This document shows, piece after piece, positions 9,547 to 18,213 of a stretch of DNA of 64,000 nucleotides. The first letter of the stretch is position 1; every line of letters begins with the position of its first letter. The stretch lies in IMG/VR virus record IMGVR_UViG_3300025936_000002, positions 1 through 64,000 of that record; one strand, given 5' to 3'. Made by a program: the position numbers and the translations under genes. The DNA comes from a virus (lineage: Duplodnaviria > Caudoviricetes). A model generated the notes under the pieces. The model was not told the origin of the DNA, made no database searches, and worked only from the letters and a program-made list of their open reading frames with translations.

Positions 9547-10376
9547 TGGAGCCGTTCCTGAAGGCTGTTGGCGGGAAACGTTGGATCAGTACGAAACTGG
9601 CCGACGAGATCATGGCAACTAATCCAAATCTCTACGTCGAGCCATTCGTTGGGGGCGGGGCGGTCACGTTGGCGCTTCCGCCGAGTATCCCCAAGATCGT
9701 CTCCGACATCAACAGCGGCTACATTGCGGTGTGGCTAGCACTCAAGAGCTACAAGCCGGAGGAGATGTTGGCTGCAATCGCCGACGTCCAACGGGAATAT
9801 CCAAACACTGCTTTTGGCTACGCCAGAGCCCGTGATGCGCTGAATGGACACCTAGCTGCAAAAGATAACACTGGAGTTCTCAAGCTCGCCGCGTTGGTGC
9901 TCTATATCAACACCAGATGCTTCAACGGCATCTGGCGCGTCAATCAAAGCGGCGAGTTCAACGTGCCATGGAACAAGACCAATAACCCACGACGCTTTTC
10001 CATCGGCGAGCTCAAAAGCTACCACGAGGCGCTCGCCGGCGCGGCGATCATGGATTGCGATTTCAGATCGACGCTTGATATCGTCGGTAATCGCGAGCTA
10101 CCGAAGACTGCGATCTACATCGATTCGCCCTACGATGAAACGTTCGACGGCTACGTCTCCGGTGGATTCGATGAGGTCGACCAACGAGACCTAGCGAAGT
10201 GGCTTCGGTGGCTTTCGGCGCGTGGCGCCAAGGTCTGGGCCACCAACTCCGATACGCCACTGATTCGCGAGCTGTACTCGGGCTGGGCAAAAATCGAGGT
10301 TATCGATGAATATCACTCGGTCGGGGCCAAGGCGAATCGTCGCGGGCAGCGGCAATGCCTGCTCATCCGTGCATGA
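9546..10376 (+). CDS. dam: DNA adenine methyltransferase, Dam/D12 class
   Basis: FLKAVGGK, YVEPFVGGG, FNGIWRVNQSGEFNVPW, catalytic DSPY (DPPY variant). GATC specificity is assumed, not shown. Confidence 0.85.
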   Translation: MEPFLKAVGGKRWISTKLADEIMATNPNLYVEPFVGGGAVTLALPPSIPKIVSDINSGYIAVWLALKSYKPEEMLAAIADVQREYPNTAFGYARARDALNGHLAAKDNTGVLKLAALVLYINTRCFNGIWRVNQSGEFNVPWNKTNNPRRFSIGELKSYHEALAGAAIMDCDFRSTLDIVGNRELPKTAIYIDSPYDETFDGYVSGGFDEVDQRDLAKWLRWLSARGAKVWATNSDTPLIRELYSGWAKIEVIDEYHSVGAKANRRGQRQCLLIRA

Positions 10377-10494
10377 TGGTGGTTGCATGGCCTAGAGCTC
10401 GAAGCCAGGCAGGCTGCAAGCTGATCGTCAACTTGACGCCTAGGACGAGTTGTGGGACGCTCGGCCCACACCCAGGTATTTAGGAGTCAAGAAA

Positions 10495-10602
10495 ATGGCC
10501 CGTAAGAAGAGAGCCGCCGCCCACTGCAAATTCGGTCGAGTCACCCGCGGGCGCCGCAAAGGCCAGTGCCGGAAGTCTCGCAAGCGTCGTACCAAGCGGT
10601 AA
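10495..10602 (+). CDS. 35-aa Arg/Lys-rich protein with 2 Cys (candidate DNA-condensing core protein)
   Basis: Not in the ORF track. Translated by hand: MARKKRAAAHCKFGRVTRGRRKGQCRKSRKRRTKR. TAGGAG RBS upstream. Confidence 0.7.
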   Translation: MARKKRAAAHCKFGRVTRGRRKGQCRKSRKRRTKR

Positions 10603-10632
10603 ATCCTCCATCTACCCACGGAGGAGGACATC

Positions 10633-10926
10633 GTGCAGATGAGCACCACGTGGGAGCAGACGGCGGTCTGGAACCCACAGGATCCGACGCAGCGTAACCG
10701 CGTGGTCTACGCCAGCCCTGGTGGCTGGGCATCGTTCTATTGGAACCGCATGCCGCCTGCCGGTGAGCTCAAAGGCCTTGGCGTCGGGTTCAGCGGCCTA
10801 CCACAAGCCGCCCAGATCGCTCTCGTCGTCTTGGGCTCGGCCGTCGTCGGCTACGTCGGCTACGCCAAGTTCGGCGACAAGTACATCCGCCCGACCCTCA
10901 AGAAAGTCGGCCTGGTGAAGCGGTAA
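10633..10926 (+). CDS. Tail-anchored membrane protein with LKGLG motif
   Basis: GGAGGAGG RBS, ELKGLG motif, one TM helix and a basic C-terminus. Confidence 0.7.
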   Translation: MQMSTTWEQTAVWNPQDPTQRNRVVYASPGGWASFYWNRMPPAGELKGLGVGFSGLPQAAQIALVVLGSAVVGYVGYAKFGDKYIRPTLKKVGLVKR

Positions 10927-10935
10927 AGGATTGTC

Positions 10936-11148
10936 ATGGCCAAGCATCGAAAGCCCGTGGGCCGCGCCAAACGCTGCAAGCGTGTAGCGACGCATGGCAC
11001 CAAGCGGGCAGCTAACAAGCTCGCAGCCAAGCTCAAGCGGGATGGATTTCGGCCGCTGGTGTCTAAGACCTACGGTGGAGCCCGGGTTGGGTGGGCGGTG
11101 TTCTCATGTCCGCCAGCAACCAAACGCCGCAAGCGCCGGCGGAGGTAG
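10936..11148 (+). CDS. Arg/Lys-rich small protein
   Basis: AAGGA RBS; very basic, two Cys, ends KRRKRRRR. Confidence 0.7.
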   Translation: MAKHRKPVGRAKRCKRVATHGTKRAANKLAAKLKRDGFRPLVSKTYGGARVGWAVFSCPPATKRRKRRRR

Positions 11149-11153
11149 CTTTC

Positions 11154-11513
11154 GTGGGCTTCTTTGATGATCTTCGCTACGACGCGGCTGCTATACAGCT
11201 CGCTGCGTTGTACCCGGCTGGCTCAGCGCCGACGTTCTCGGCAGCCGCCGCCGAGCTCCTAGACCCGTTTGACGCCGACGAGCGGAGCTTGATCGGCGCC
11301 AAGGCGATCGAGCACGGTGCCAACCCGCAAAGCGTGGCCAAGACCGTCGAGGCCCTCAACTACGGCGGCGCCACGCAGGGCTCGGAGGTCGTCGAGGTAT
11401 CAAGCAAGGCCCCCAAGAAAAGCGGTATGCCATGGGCGTGGCTCCTCGGTGGAGCCGCAGCGCTTACGGCGCTCGTTGCCTACAGCAAGCATCGGAAGGC
11501 GAAGCGTAGGTAA
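11154..11513 (+). CDS. Tail-anchored membrane protein
   Basis: GTG start after GGAGG; C-terminal TM (PWAWLLGG...) followed by KHRKAKRR. Confidence 0.65.
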   Translation: MGFFDDLRYDAAAIQLAALYPAGSAPTFSAAAAELLDPFDADERSLIGAKAIEHGANPQSVAKTVEALNYGGATQGSEVVEVSSKAPKKSGMPWAWLLGGAAALTALVAYSKHRKAKRR

Positions 11514-11518
11514 CGGCG

Positions 11519-11749
11519 ATGGCTCGGATCATGACCCTAGACGGGCTCGATCAGGCGAGGATCGCCGAGATTCGTGCGCAGCTGAGCCAGCCCGAGCTGT
11601 CATGGTGGAACCGCCCGATTGGCCTTGGTGGCGTCTTGGATCCGATCACGGCCAACCCCATCTGGGCCCTCGGCGGGGTTCTGCTCGGGGCGTGGCTCGC
11701 GGGCAGCGCCAAGGGCCGCAGCTTGGTTCGTCGGTTTGCCAAGAGGTGA
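11519..11749 (+). CDS. Tail-anchored membrane protein
   Basis: LDGLD and IGLGG motifs, C-terminal TM and basic tail. Confidence 0.65.
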   Translation: MARIMTLDGLDQARIAEIRAQLSQPELSWWNRPIGLGGVLDPITANPIWALGGVLLGAWLAGSAKGRSLVRRFAKR

Positions 11750-11752
11750 ACG

Positions 11753-11944
11753 ATGCTACGTCGAGACGTCACCAGGAATTTCATCCGCGAGCGGCAGTTC
11801 CCGCCGAGCAGATGCGATCGCCGCTCGTTCCGTACGATCAAGCGAGGCAAGGTCAAGATCGTCATCTGTTGCCCAAAAGGTCAGTGGCGCCGTGGGCGGT
11901 GCAAGGTCGGCACGCGCGCTCAATCGATCCTCAAGCCACGATGA
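11753..11944 (+). CDS. Arg/Cys-rich small protein
   Basis: CCPKGQWRRGRCKVGTRAQSIL; basic; translationally coupled. Confidence 0.65.
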   Translation: MLRRDVTRNFIRERQFPPSRCDRRSFRTIKRGKVKIVICCPKGQWRRGRCKVGTRAQSILKPR

Positions 11945-12234
11945 GCCGCAAACGCTTCAAGCCATCGCTAGCTTCGATCTGCGCGGTCAGTGCCGCCGGT
12001 CTCGATCTTCGCCTCACGCCCGGCGGCAAGGAGGCAACGCGCAAGGCGTTCACTGAAGCCGATCTCAAGCGGGTTTTGGAGCGGGGGGATAAGAAGGCCG
12101 CCGGGCACCTAGCTACTTGGCTACGCGGCCGATCAATCGTTCGTGGACCCGAGAAAGGCCCGTATGCGTTGACTGATAAAGGGCTGCTCGTCGTCGCGCG
12201 TGCTTGTCGCGTCTGGGCGAAGCGCGGGCGCTAG
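11941..12234 (+). CDS. Basic hypothetical protein, possible winged helix
   Basis: ATG at 11941 overlaps the upstream stop. YALTDKGLLV resembles a wHTH wing. Confidence 0.55.
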   Translation: MSRKRFKPSLASICAVSAAGLDLRLTPGGKEATRKAFTEADLKRVLERGDKKAAGHLATWLRGRSIVRGPEKGPYALTDKGLLVVARACRVWAKRGR

Positions 12235-12304
12235 AAGCTGGGACGATCACCGTTGAATGCAGGACAACCGGCGCGCCTGCAGCCGTTACCTTCGCTGCAA
12301 TACC

Positions 12305-12721
12305 TTACGTGTCCAAGCACCGTGAGATAGCCATGCACGGCTGGGCGCCTAGCTGCGCGCGGACAAGCTCGGTGATTGCATTTGGGGTCTCGACTGGGAG
12401 CTCGTCAAGCTCTCCTGCCACCCAGCGTTCGACGAGGCGCCGTGCGAGGGTGAGTACCGCGAGCTCGTTAGCGTTCATGGCCCAAGCACTGCGGGGATCG
12501 GTGCCTTGAGGACGTGGATAGGCTACGACTCCGACGTTGACCGCAACTTCGCCATTAGCCCATTTGAACGTTTCGATCTTTACGTCGATTCGTAGACCAG
12601 GATAGAGGTTTTCAGCCCAGTGAACATGCCACGAGCGGTTGGTCTTCTTGATCAGATCATCAGAGGCCTCTACGAGGCGAATTTTCTCAGCTTTGACGTC
12701 GGCGAATTTCATCGCCGTCAA
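12305..12721 (-). CDS. Hypothetical protein
   Basis: 138-aa ORF with protein-like composition; last gene of the leftward block. Confidence 0.5.
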   Translation of the reverse strand: MTAMKFADVKAEKIRLVEASDDLIKKTNRSWHVHWAENLYPGLRIDVKIETFKWANGEVAVNVGVVAYPRPQGTDPRSAWAMNANELAVLTLARRLVERWVAGELDELPVETPNAITELVRAQLGAQPCMAISRCLDT

Positions 12722-12742
12722 GCTTACGCCGATGGGCTGCCA

Positions 12743-13216
12743 CTACAGGCTGGTCGAGAAGTCGCCGAGGAAGTAGAGGCCGGCGAAGACGTTCCGCAGC
12801 GTCACGTGCTGGTAGGTTGCGCTCGTGAGCGTCTCGACTTGACCACTTGGACAAAAGTCGGGATCTACCCCCGGCGGATACAGGACCAAGGTGCCAGATA
12901 CGTTGCCGTTACCATCGTTCGCGAAAACCCCACCAGCAACCACGGGCCCGGCCACCACGGTCTTCTTCGGATCCTTAGGCGTGTTGCCGGACTTGGTCCG
13001 ACATTCCCACACGGCGGTAGCGTTGGCTGTCACATCGACCTCGGTATCGACGAGGGTGTTGCCCAGCCCCGCCAGCGCGAAGTCGACGGTGAGGCTCCAA
13101 TCGGCCTCTAGCGTCGCGCTAGTGGGCCCCGCGAGCCAATGGGGGCTATCGGCGTTGGCGGGGGTTGCGAATGAGATGCTGAGGGCAAACAGGACTAATA
13201 CGATGAGCTTCTTCAC
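12743..13216 (-). CDS. Secreted beta-rich protein
   Basis: Signal peptide MKKLIVLVLFALSISFATPANA|D, AGAGG RBS, two Cys. Confidence 0.7.
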   Translation of the reverse strand: MKKLIVLVLFALSISFATPANADSPHWLAGPTSATLEADWSLTVDFALAGLGNTLVDTEVDVTANATAVWECRTKSGNTPKDPKKTVVAGPVVAGGVFANDGNGNVSGTLVLYPPGVDPDFCPSGQVETLTSATYQHVTLRNVFAGLYFLGDFSTSL

Positions 13217-13263
13217 GGGGCCTCTTTAGCACTGTTGGGGCGATCCTGCCAAATAGAAACCCC

Positions 13264-13992
13264 TCAAAACATGGGTGAGCGACGGATGCCATGGGATGGG
13301 TTCATGGTCGAGACGTCACCGCGGTGGTCGACGTAGCTCGGAATCGAGATCGCTAGGCGGCATTGGGGATGCGAGTCGATATAGTTTTTGACGACCCCAT
13401 CAAACGGCGATCTCATGTTAGGCGGGAATGGATTGGTAGGGACGATTTCTAGCATGGCGTTATTGGCCAACTGTAGACGATGCGCGGCCGGGATGAACAA
13501 CCCTAGCGTCCCATAATATCGATCTTTGATCGGCCCATCCAGCCACACTGCTGGACAATGTAGGTTATTGCGCCTAGTTGTTTCAATAATTGGAAAATAT
13601 CTATGGCTGTATAGACTGATGAAGGTGTGAGGGGAGCCATAAATCTTGTGGAGCGCCTCAAGCCAACCGGGCTTGATCGCGATGTCGTCCTCGAAGATCA
13701 TTAGATCGTCATCGCCAGAGCGTAGGGCTGCTACGAAGTTGCCGACAGCGCGGAGCCGTGGAGGCAACGGCTCGATCAGCTGCCACAGGCCATCTGAGAT
13801 GCGATGGACGTGGAACATCGACGATAATCGTTCAGCGATCTCCTCGAAGTCGGGTGTACCGACGAAGACATCGACACCGGTGTTGCCTTGCTTTCGTCCG
13901 ATCGTCCATTCGGGCGTGGCTAGCACTAGGCTATCGATCGTGTCGTAGAGATACATCGGCTCGCGCTTGACCGTGATGATCGCAATCTGCAT
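13264..13992 (-). CDS. Glycosyltransferase-like protein (GT-A fold)
   Basis: YLYDTIDSL, LMIFEDDI (DxD-like) and PSYVDHRG motifs typical of GT2/GT25-like enzymes. Confidence 0.6.
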   Translation of the reverse strand: MQIAIITVKREPMYLYDTIDSLVLATPEWTIGRKQGNTGVDVFVGTPDFEEIAERLSSMFHVHRISDGLWQLIEPLPPRLRAVGNFVAALRSGDDDLMIFEDDIAIKPGWLEALHKIYGSPHTFISLYSHRYFPIIETTRRNNLHCPAVWLDGPIKDRYYGTLGLFIPAAHRLQLANNAMLEIVPTNPFPPNMRSPFDGVVKNYIDSHPQCRLAISIPSYVDHRGDVSTMNPSHGIRRSPMF

Positions 13993-13995
13993 TTT

Positions 13996-14223
13996 TTAAT
14001 GCTCCTCAGCTCTGCGTTTAATCTCGGCGTCTACGAGCTGCAAGCACAGCGCGTTTAGACCGCGATCGGTCCGCTCGGTGCCTGGCGCGGCCAGCATGCC
14101 GCGCAGTAGGCCCAACGTTGCGTCTGTGGCCTCTGTACGATCTCGGATCATGTCGACGAAGTCGCAAAGGTCACGAGCCGCCACCGCATAGAGGACGACC
14201 GCTTTGTTATCGATCGAAGTCAC
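13996..14223 (-). CDS. Hypothetical protein
   Basis: Likely GTG start overlapping the upstream TGA; the track's longer N-terminus overlaps a better ORF. Confidence 0.4.
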   Translation of the reverse strand: MTSIDNKAVVLYAVAARDLCDFVDMIRDRTEATDATLGLLRGMLAAPGTERTDRGLNALCLQLVDAEIKRRAEEH

Positions 14224-14597
14224 GAGGGCTTCCAGCCCTTCGGCTCTTTCCAACCCTCGGACTTGGCTTTGATAGCCCATTCCGGCCAAGGCGTGCCTCC
14301 GTCGTTCTTGATCGCAAGGTTGATCACGCGAAGGGCGGCTGTAGCCTTGGACCGTGAATCCCAGTAGAATCCGTGGTGATCTCGCTTGACGTTGCTTGTC
14401 TTGGCTGCAGCCATGCATGCGATGATGTGATCTCGCGCGGAGGCGTCCGCTGAGTTGAGATCGGCCTCGGTGTAGGCCCGGTCCCCGTCCCCAAGTGTGC
14501 CGCCTACATCCTCCTCAACCCACCAGGTGAGTCGATAGTAATCGTCTGCGTCATCAACGAACAGCTTGTCTTTGGCCATCACCGGCAAGTCTAGCAA
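14220..14597 (-). CDS. Hypothetical protein
   Basis: 125-aa ORF ending in the W-rich motif PWPEWAIKAKSEGWKEPKGWKP. Confidence 0.55.
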   Translation of the reverse strand: MLDLPVMAKDKLFVDDADDYYRLTWWVEEDVGGTLGDGDRAYTEADLNSADASARDHIIACMAAAKTSNVKRDHHGFYWDSRSKATAALRVINLAIKNDGGTPWPEWAIKAKSEGWKEPKGWKPS

Positions 14598-14606
14598 GCT
14601 GCGATG

Positions 14607-16043
14607 TCAGTAGGCCCGCTCGTCGGGTAGCACCACAAAATGGAATTGAGCCCCGTCGGCCTTGGTCTCTGAGGCTTTTACCTTGGCCGGGTCCATCGCC
14701 GCGACCAGATCGGCACGAGCCAAGACAACGTTTTCATCCTGGTGCATACGCACGAGTTCGCGCTTGAAGTCATTCAATGAAATGTCGATTGTTTTGGGGA
14801 GATGGCGATAGACGTCGGAGATGAATGCTTTGTACCCGAAACGGTCACGTTTAGGCACCATCGCTGCAGCTCGTTCAACGATGAACGTGGCGCCTGGCGG
14901 CAGGCTTGTTGTTGTTGCACCGAGGCCGCCTCTGGACCAACACCGCGCGGTCCCTTTCTTGTCGAGGCCGGATTTGCAAGGGGCTACTCGGTAGCCCGAG
15001 CGGATGAGTTCGTTCGTAGAGCCGCCCCAGCGCTTGCCATCGACAACCTCTACTGTCCCAAGGGAACCCTGGGCGCGGAGCGATCGCCGCAACCATCGTG
15101 CTCCTGCGCGGTAACGCTTGGCGTTGAGGCGTTTATTGCTGCTGGCTTGGCCAGCCTTTTGTCGAACAAGCAACGCAAGCGCATGGTGCTCATCCGTCCA
15201 CAACGGATACCCCATGCGTCGAGCGACATCATCGATAGTTGTCGGCTCGTCGGCGTCGAGCGCATCAGCCGTTTTATCGAGTATTTCTGCGGCCTGCTCA
15301 AAACGCTGAGTTTCGCGGCGTTCGTATGCCGTCCCGGGCTTGGCGAAAACCCCAGGTCGCGGAACACCCGCAAGCCCTCGGTGCTTGCTCTTGACATGTG
15401 TGTAGACCAGGGCGACGCCGACCACGACCATCATTCCGATCGCGACGCCCATCCAGGACTTTAGGGGTCCTGCCGAGAGCAGCGCATCGGCCATGTTCAA
15501 GGCCAGGAGCCGCGCCGAGGTCGGCGTATAGTGAATGCCGTCCGGGCCAGGGGCGATCATGGTCGAGATCGGCCGCCCGTCGATGAACCGCCAGCCAAAC
15601 AAATTTTTAAGGGTTCCTGCGACCACGTCCACCTGGGGGGTAGGTAGGCGATTCGTGAACGGTCCGATCGCCCACAACTCGGCGCCGGCATTCTTGTACA
15701 TCCCCACGAGCCGTTGGAACGCCTCGGCGTCGGGGGCCGCAGCCAACCCTACATCGTTCGTTCCCAAGACGAAGATGATCTTGGTCGGCCGCCAAGCTAG
15801 ATCGTCTTGGATCAACTGTTGCGCCGGCTCTCGAGACCAGAAGTTGTAGGCCGATCGCGAGACGAGCGCATTCGTCCGCACAGCCGCCGCGCCTTGCTCG
15901 AGGAGCAAGCTGGCGAGCAGATCGCCGGGCGCCGAACTTGAACGGTTCGAGCCTGCATTCACATCCCAGACGGGGTTTCCTCCGCTGGCATGCTGCGTCA
16001 AGCTGTCACCGAAGATCAGGATCCGCTCGCCTCGGGCGTTCAT
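14607..16043 (-). CDS. SGNH hydrolase + TM + basic/helical C-terminal domains (multidomain, possibly processed)
   Basis: IFGDSL, GTND and DGIH blocks (S-G-N-H), then a TM helix and segments delimited by GLAG, GSLG and GGLG. Confidence 0.75.
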   Translation of the reverse strand: MNARGERILIFGDSLTQHASGGNPVWDVNAGSNRSSSAPGDLLASLLLEQGAAAVRTNALVSRSAYNFWSREPAQQLIQDDLAWRPTKIIFVLGTNDVGLAAAPDAEAFQRLVGMYKNAGAELWAIGPFTNRLPTPQVDVVAGTLKNLFGWRFIDGRPISTMIAPGPDGIHYTPTSARLLALNMADALLSAGPLKSWMGVAIGMMVVVGVALVYTHVKSKHRGLAGVPRPGVFAKPGTAYERRETQRFEQAAEILDKTADALDADEPTTIDDVARRMGYPLWTDEHHALALLVRQKAGQASSNKRLNAKRYRAGARWLRRSLRAQGSLGTVEVVDGKRWGGSTNELIRSGYRVAPCKSGLDKKGTARCWSRGGLGATTTSLPPGATFIVERAAAMVPKRDRFGYKAFISDVYRHLPKTIDISLNDFKRELVRMHQDENVVLARADLVAAMDPAKVKASETKADGAQFHFVVLPDERAY

Positions 16044-16129
16044 AGCTTGGCTAGGATACAGCGAGCAGCGCGCTGCGACCAAACCTAGGACGAGGACTGT
16101 TTTAGGCCACAGGCGGATTATGGCACTGC

Positions 16130-16174
16130 ACGTTTCGTCTTGTCTCGCCTCGGATCGAATCGTATCGCATCGTT
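16130..16174 (-). repeat. Pentamer array 1 (NN-CGA units; candidate guide ncRNA)
   Basis: Plus strand acgtt tcgtc ttgtc tcgcc tcgga tcgaa tcgta tcgca tcgtt: 9 in-phase units, with more degenerate units to about 16195. Intergenic. Confidence 0.75.
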
Positions 16175-16408
16175 ATCCTCACGGTTCGGATTCGTCAAAG
16201 TTGACGATGAAGCCTTCCTGGATGAACTCGGCCGCGCAGCTGGCGCAGACGCGACAACCGCCGTCCGAAACCGTACCGATCGCAGGCTCGTAGCAGTGGA
16301 CGTCGCGGTAATCCTCGGCGTCGCCGGCATCGCCGCCTTCTACCAAAAAACGCCCGGACCTCGATCGTTTCGCAGCGGCCCTCGCGGGGTGGCGCGGGCA
16401 GCATTTGC

Positions 16409-16678
16409 CTACTCGTCCGAGTCGGCGTCCTCGTCCTCGTCGGAGGCTTCCGCTGCACGGGCCTCCTTGAGGGCGGCGAGAACCTCGCGGCCATTCATCA
16501 CCTTGACCTTGAGGGCATCGAGGACGATGTCTCTGGCCGCCGTGGTGACCTCCTTTACGGAGGGCTTGTCGCTGAGGGCGATGTTGGTCGGATCGAGCTT
16601 GATCGTGGCACCGGTGACACCATCGGCGCGGGGGAGGGTGATTTCGACTTCGACAGACACGGTTTTGTTCTTGGGCAT
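16409..16678 (-). CDS. Hypothetical protein with acidic tail
   Basis: AGGAGA RBS, strong GC3 bias, ends DEDEDADSDE. Confidence 0.7.
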   Translation of the reverse strand: MPKNKTVSVEVEITLPRADGVTGATIKLDPTNIALSDKPSVKEVTTAARDIVLDALKVKVMNGREVLAALKEARAAEASDEDEDADSDE

Positions 16679-16719
16679 CGTTCATCTCCTTACTGCATTC
16701 GGGTGACAGGTTTGGTTGT

Positions 16720-17202
16720 TTAGTCGTGGTCGCAGGCGGAGGTCGCCCACTTACCCTCTGGGAGGATACGTACGACGATGTGATCGCCGAAAGCTTGGCA
16801 CATGAAATAGTCGAAAGCGGCGGGTTCACTGGTGACGTAATCGCGCTTGTCGCCACCGGCCTGCTCGACGAGATCTTTCCAAGCTTTGGCGAGCACTCTG
16901 ATCTGAGCTTGGGTGCAACCGTCTAGGTTGGCGTTGTTACCCAAAAACTCTATTGCGAGGCCTTGCTCCTCCAGATCGTATAGCGATTCGTTGATATCGG
17001 CCTTTGTCGATACCAGGTATGGATCGCGTACGCCGAATATGCATGGATCGCCATCGTTGAAATACGGAGTATATTGCTTCCAACGCAGCTCGAATCCCTC
17101 GGGCAGAACCGCCTTGAAATGGTTGGTGACTTCTTGAGCCGCTTCGGCTTTGATTTGTTCCCGAGCCCGTTTGATGTTGTCTAGCATCGTCTTTAGAGCC
17201 AT
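16720..17202 (-). CDS. Hypothetical phage protein (usual neighbour of DUF6915)
   Basis: WKQYTPYFNDGDPCIF and FGDH motifs, recognised from the gene pair with DUF6915. Confidence 0.65.
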   Translation of the reverse strand: MALKTMLDNIKRAREQIKAEAAQEVTNHFKAVLPEGFELRWKQYTPYFNDGDPCIFGVRDPYLVSTKADINESLYDLEEQGLAIEFLGNNANLDGCTQAQIRVLAKAWKDLVEQAGGDKRDYVTSEPAAFDYFMCQAFGDHIVVRILPEGKWATSACDHD

Positions 17203-17205
17203 AGA

Positions 17206-17694
17206 CTAATCTTCTCCTGTGGATATGGGTTGGATGTTGTGGATTGCGGCCATAAGCACATCGCGCTCGCTACGTGTTGTGGTGTGGCCGAGACGCTCTA
17301 GTGCTTTGTGCAGGCGTTGATCGAGATGCTCGCGCACCTCGGCAGGTGTTGGTGGACGTTGATCCTTGGGGATCCTGTGGATACCGCCATGCCATGTTTG
17401 TTGTGGCAACTCCTCAAGCCAGTCTTCTAGGCTTGGGATGAATCCAAGATCTTCGATGATGTGCTGTTCAGCGATATCTCTCGTCGAGACTTCGCGTCCA
17501 TCGCTATTGATCAACGTCCGACCGAACACCCGCTCGACTGTGAAGCAACCAAGTGCATGATGGTGCGCCGCTCGATGTCTGAGATCGGGCATCGCGGCTT
17601 TGCTGCCATCGATGAAGTCATGGATTGCAATGTAGTCATCAGGCTTTCCGCCCCAACGAGCTACCGACCCTTTGGCGTGTTGGAAGGGCTTCAT
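17206..17694 (-). CDS. DUF6915-like protein
   Basis: HAKGSVARWGGKPDDYIAIHDFIDGSK, HRAAHHH and IAEQHIIEDLGFIPS. Confidence 0.7.
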   Translation of the reverse strand: MKPFQHAKGSVARWGGKPDDYIAIHDFIDGSKAAMPDLRHRAAHHHALGCFTVERVFGRTLINSDGREVSTRDIAEQHIIEDLGFIPSLEDWLEELPQQTWHGGIHRIPKDQRPPTPAEVREHLDQRLHKALERLGHTTTRSERDVLMAAIHNIQPISTGED

Positions 17695-17712
17695 TTGTTT
17701 GCGAGGATCGAA

Positions 17713-18108
17713 TCAGCGATCGCGATCGGCGAGATAGCTTTCGACCGTCGCGTAGCCCTGTTGAGCTGCAACGGCGGCATCGTCCGGGCGGCCGAGTACG
17801 ATGGCTTTCAGCTCGTGGCTCTGCGCGTATTTATATACGTTACACAGCATCTTGTGTGTCTTGACGTTTGTGAAGTCAACGCCATCTTCAACCCATTTCG
17901 TGTTGATTCCGACAGCAATAAGCCACCAATAGAAACCATCGCTATCGGGGTTCGGTTGGGACATGCGCTCGATCAACCCGTCTAGTTGGGCCAACTGCGT
18001 GCGGACTGCAGCGACGGTAGGTAGAGGGGAATCCTCGATGCGGCTCAATGCTGCAATCGTCTGCCGCACGGCGCTCAGCTCTCTTACGATGTCATTGTGA
18101 AAGGCCAT
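17713..18108 (-). CDS. Hypothetical protein
   Basis: Start moved to ATG 18108 (MAFHND); the track's upstream extension is pentamer array 2. Confidence 0.55.
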   Translation of the reverse strand: MAFHNDIVRELSAVRQTIAALSRIEDSPLPTVAAVRTQLAQLDGLIERMSQPNPDSDGFYWWLIAVGINTKWVEDGVDFTNVKTHKMLCNVYKYAQSHELKAIVLGRPDDAAVAAQQGYATVESYLADRDR

Positions 18109-18120
18109 TGTTTTCCAATC

Positions 18121-18200
18121 TCGCTTCGTTACGTATCGGTTAGCGACGTCTCGTCTCGTGGCGATTCGGTTAGAGTTGATTCGTCTCATCTCGAATCGGC
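18121..18200 (-). repeat. Pentamer array 2 (16 NN-CGA units; candidate guide ncRNA)
   Basis: Plus strand tcgct tcgtt acgta tcggt tagcg acgtc tcgtc tcgtg gcgat tcggt tagag ttgat tcgtc tcatc tcgaa tcggc; 13 nt downstream of the RAMP-like stop. Confidence 0.85.
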
Positions 18201-18213
18201 GACGGTAAAAAAT

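Noticed and set aside
18109-18189. N-terminal extension of ORF 17713-18189, and small ORFs 16118-16330, 19502-19768 and 19659-19874
   Set aside because: These are translations of the pentamer arrays (R/D/T-periodic peptides). A better RBS-ATG lies at 18108.
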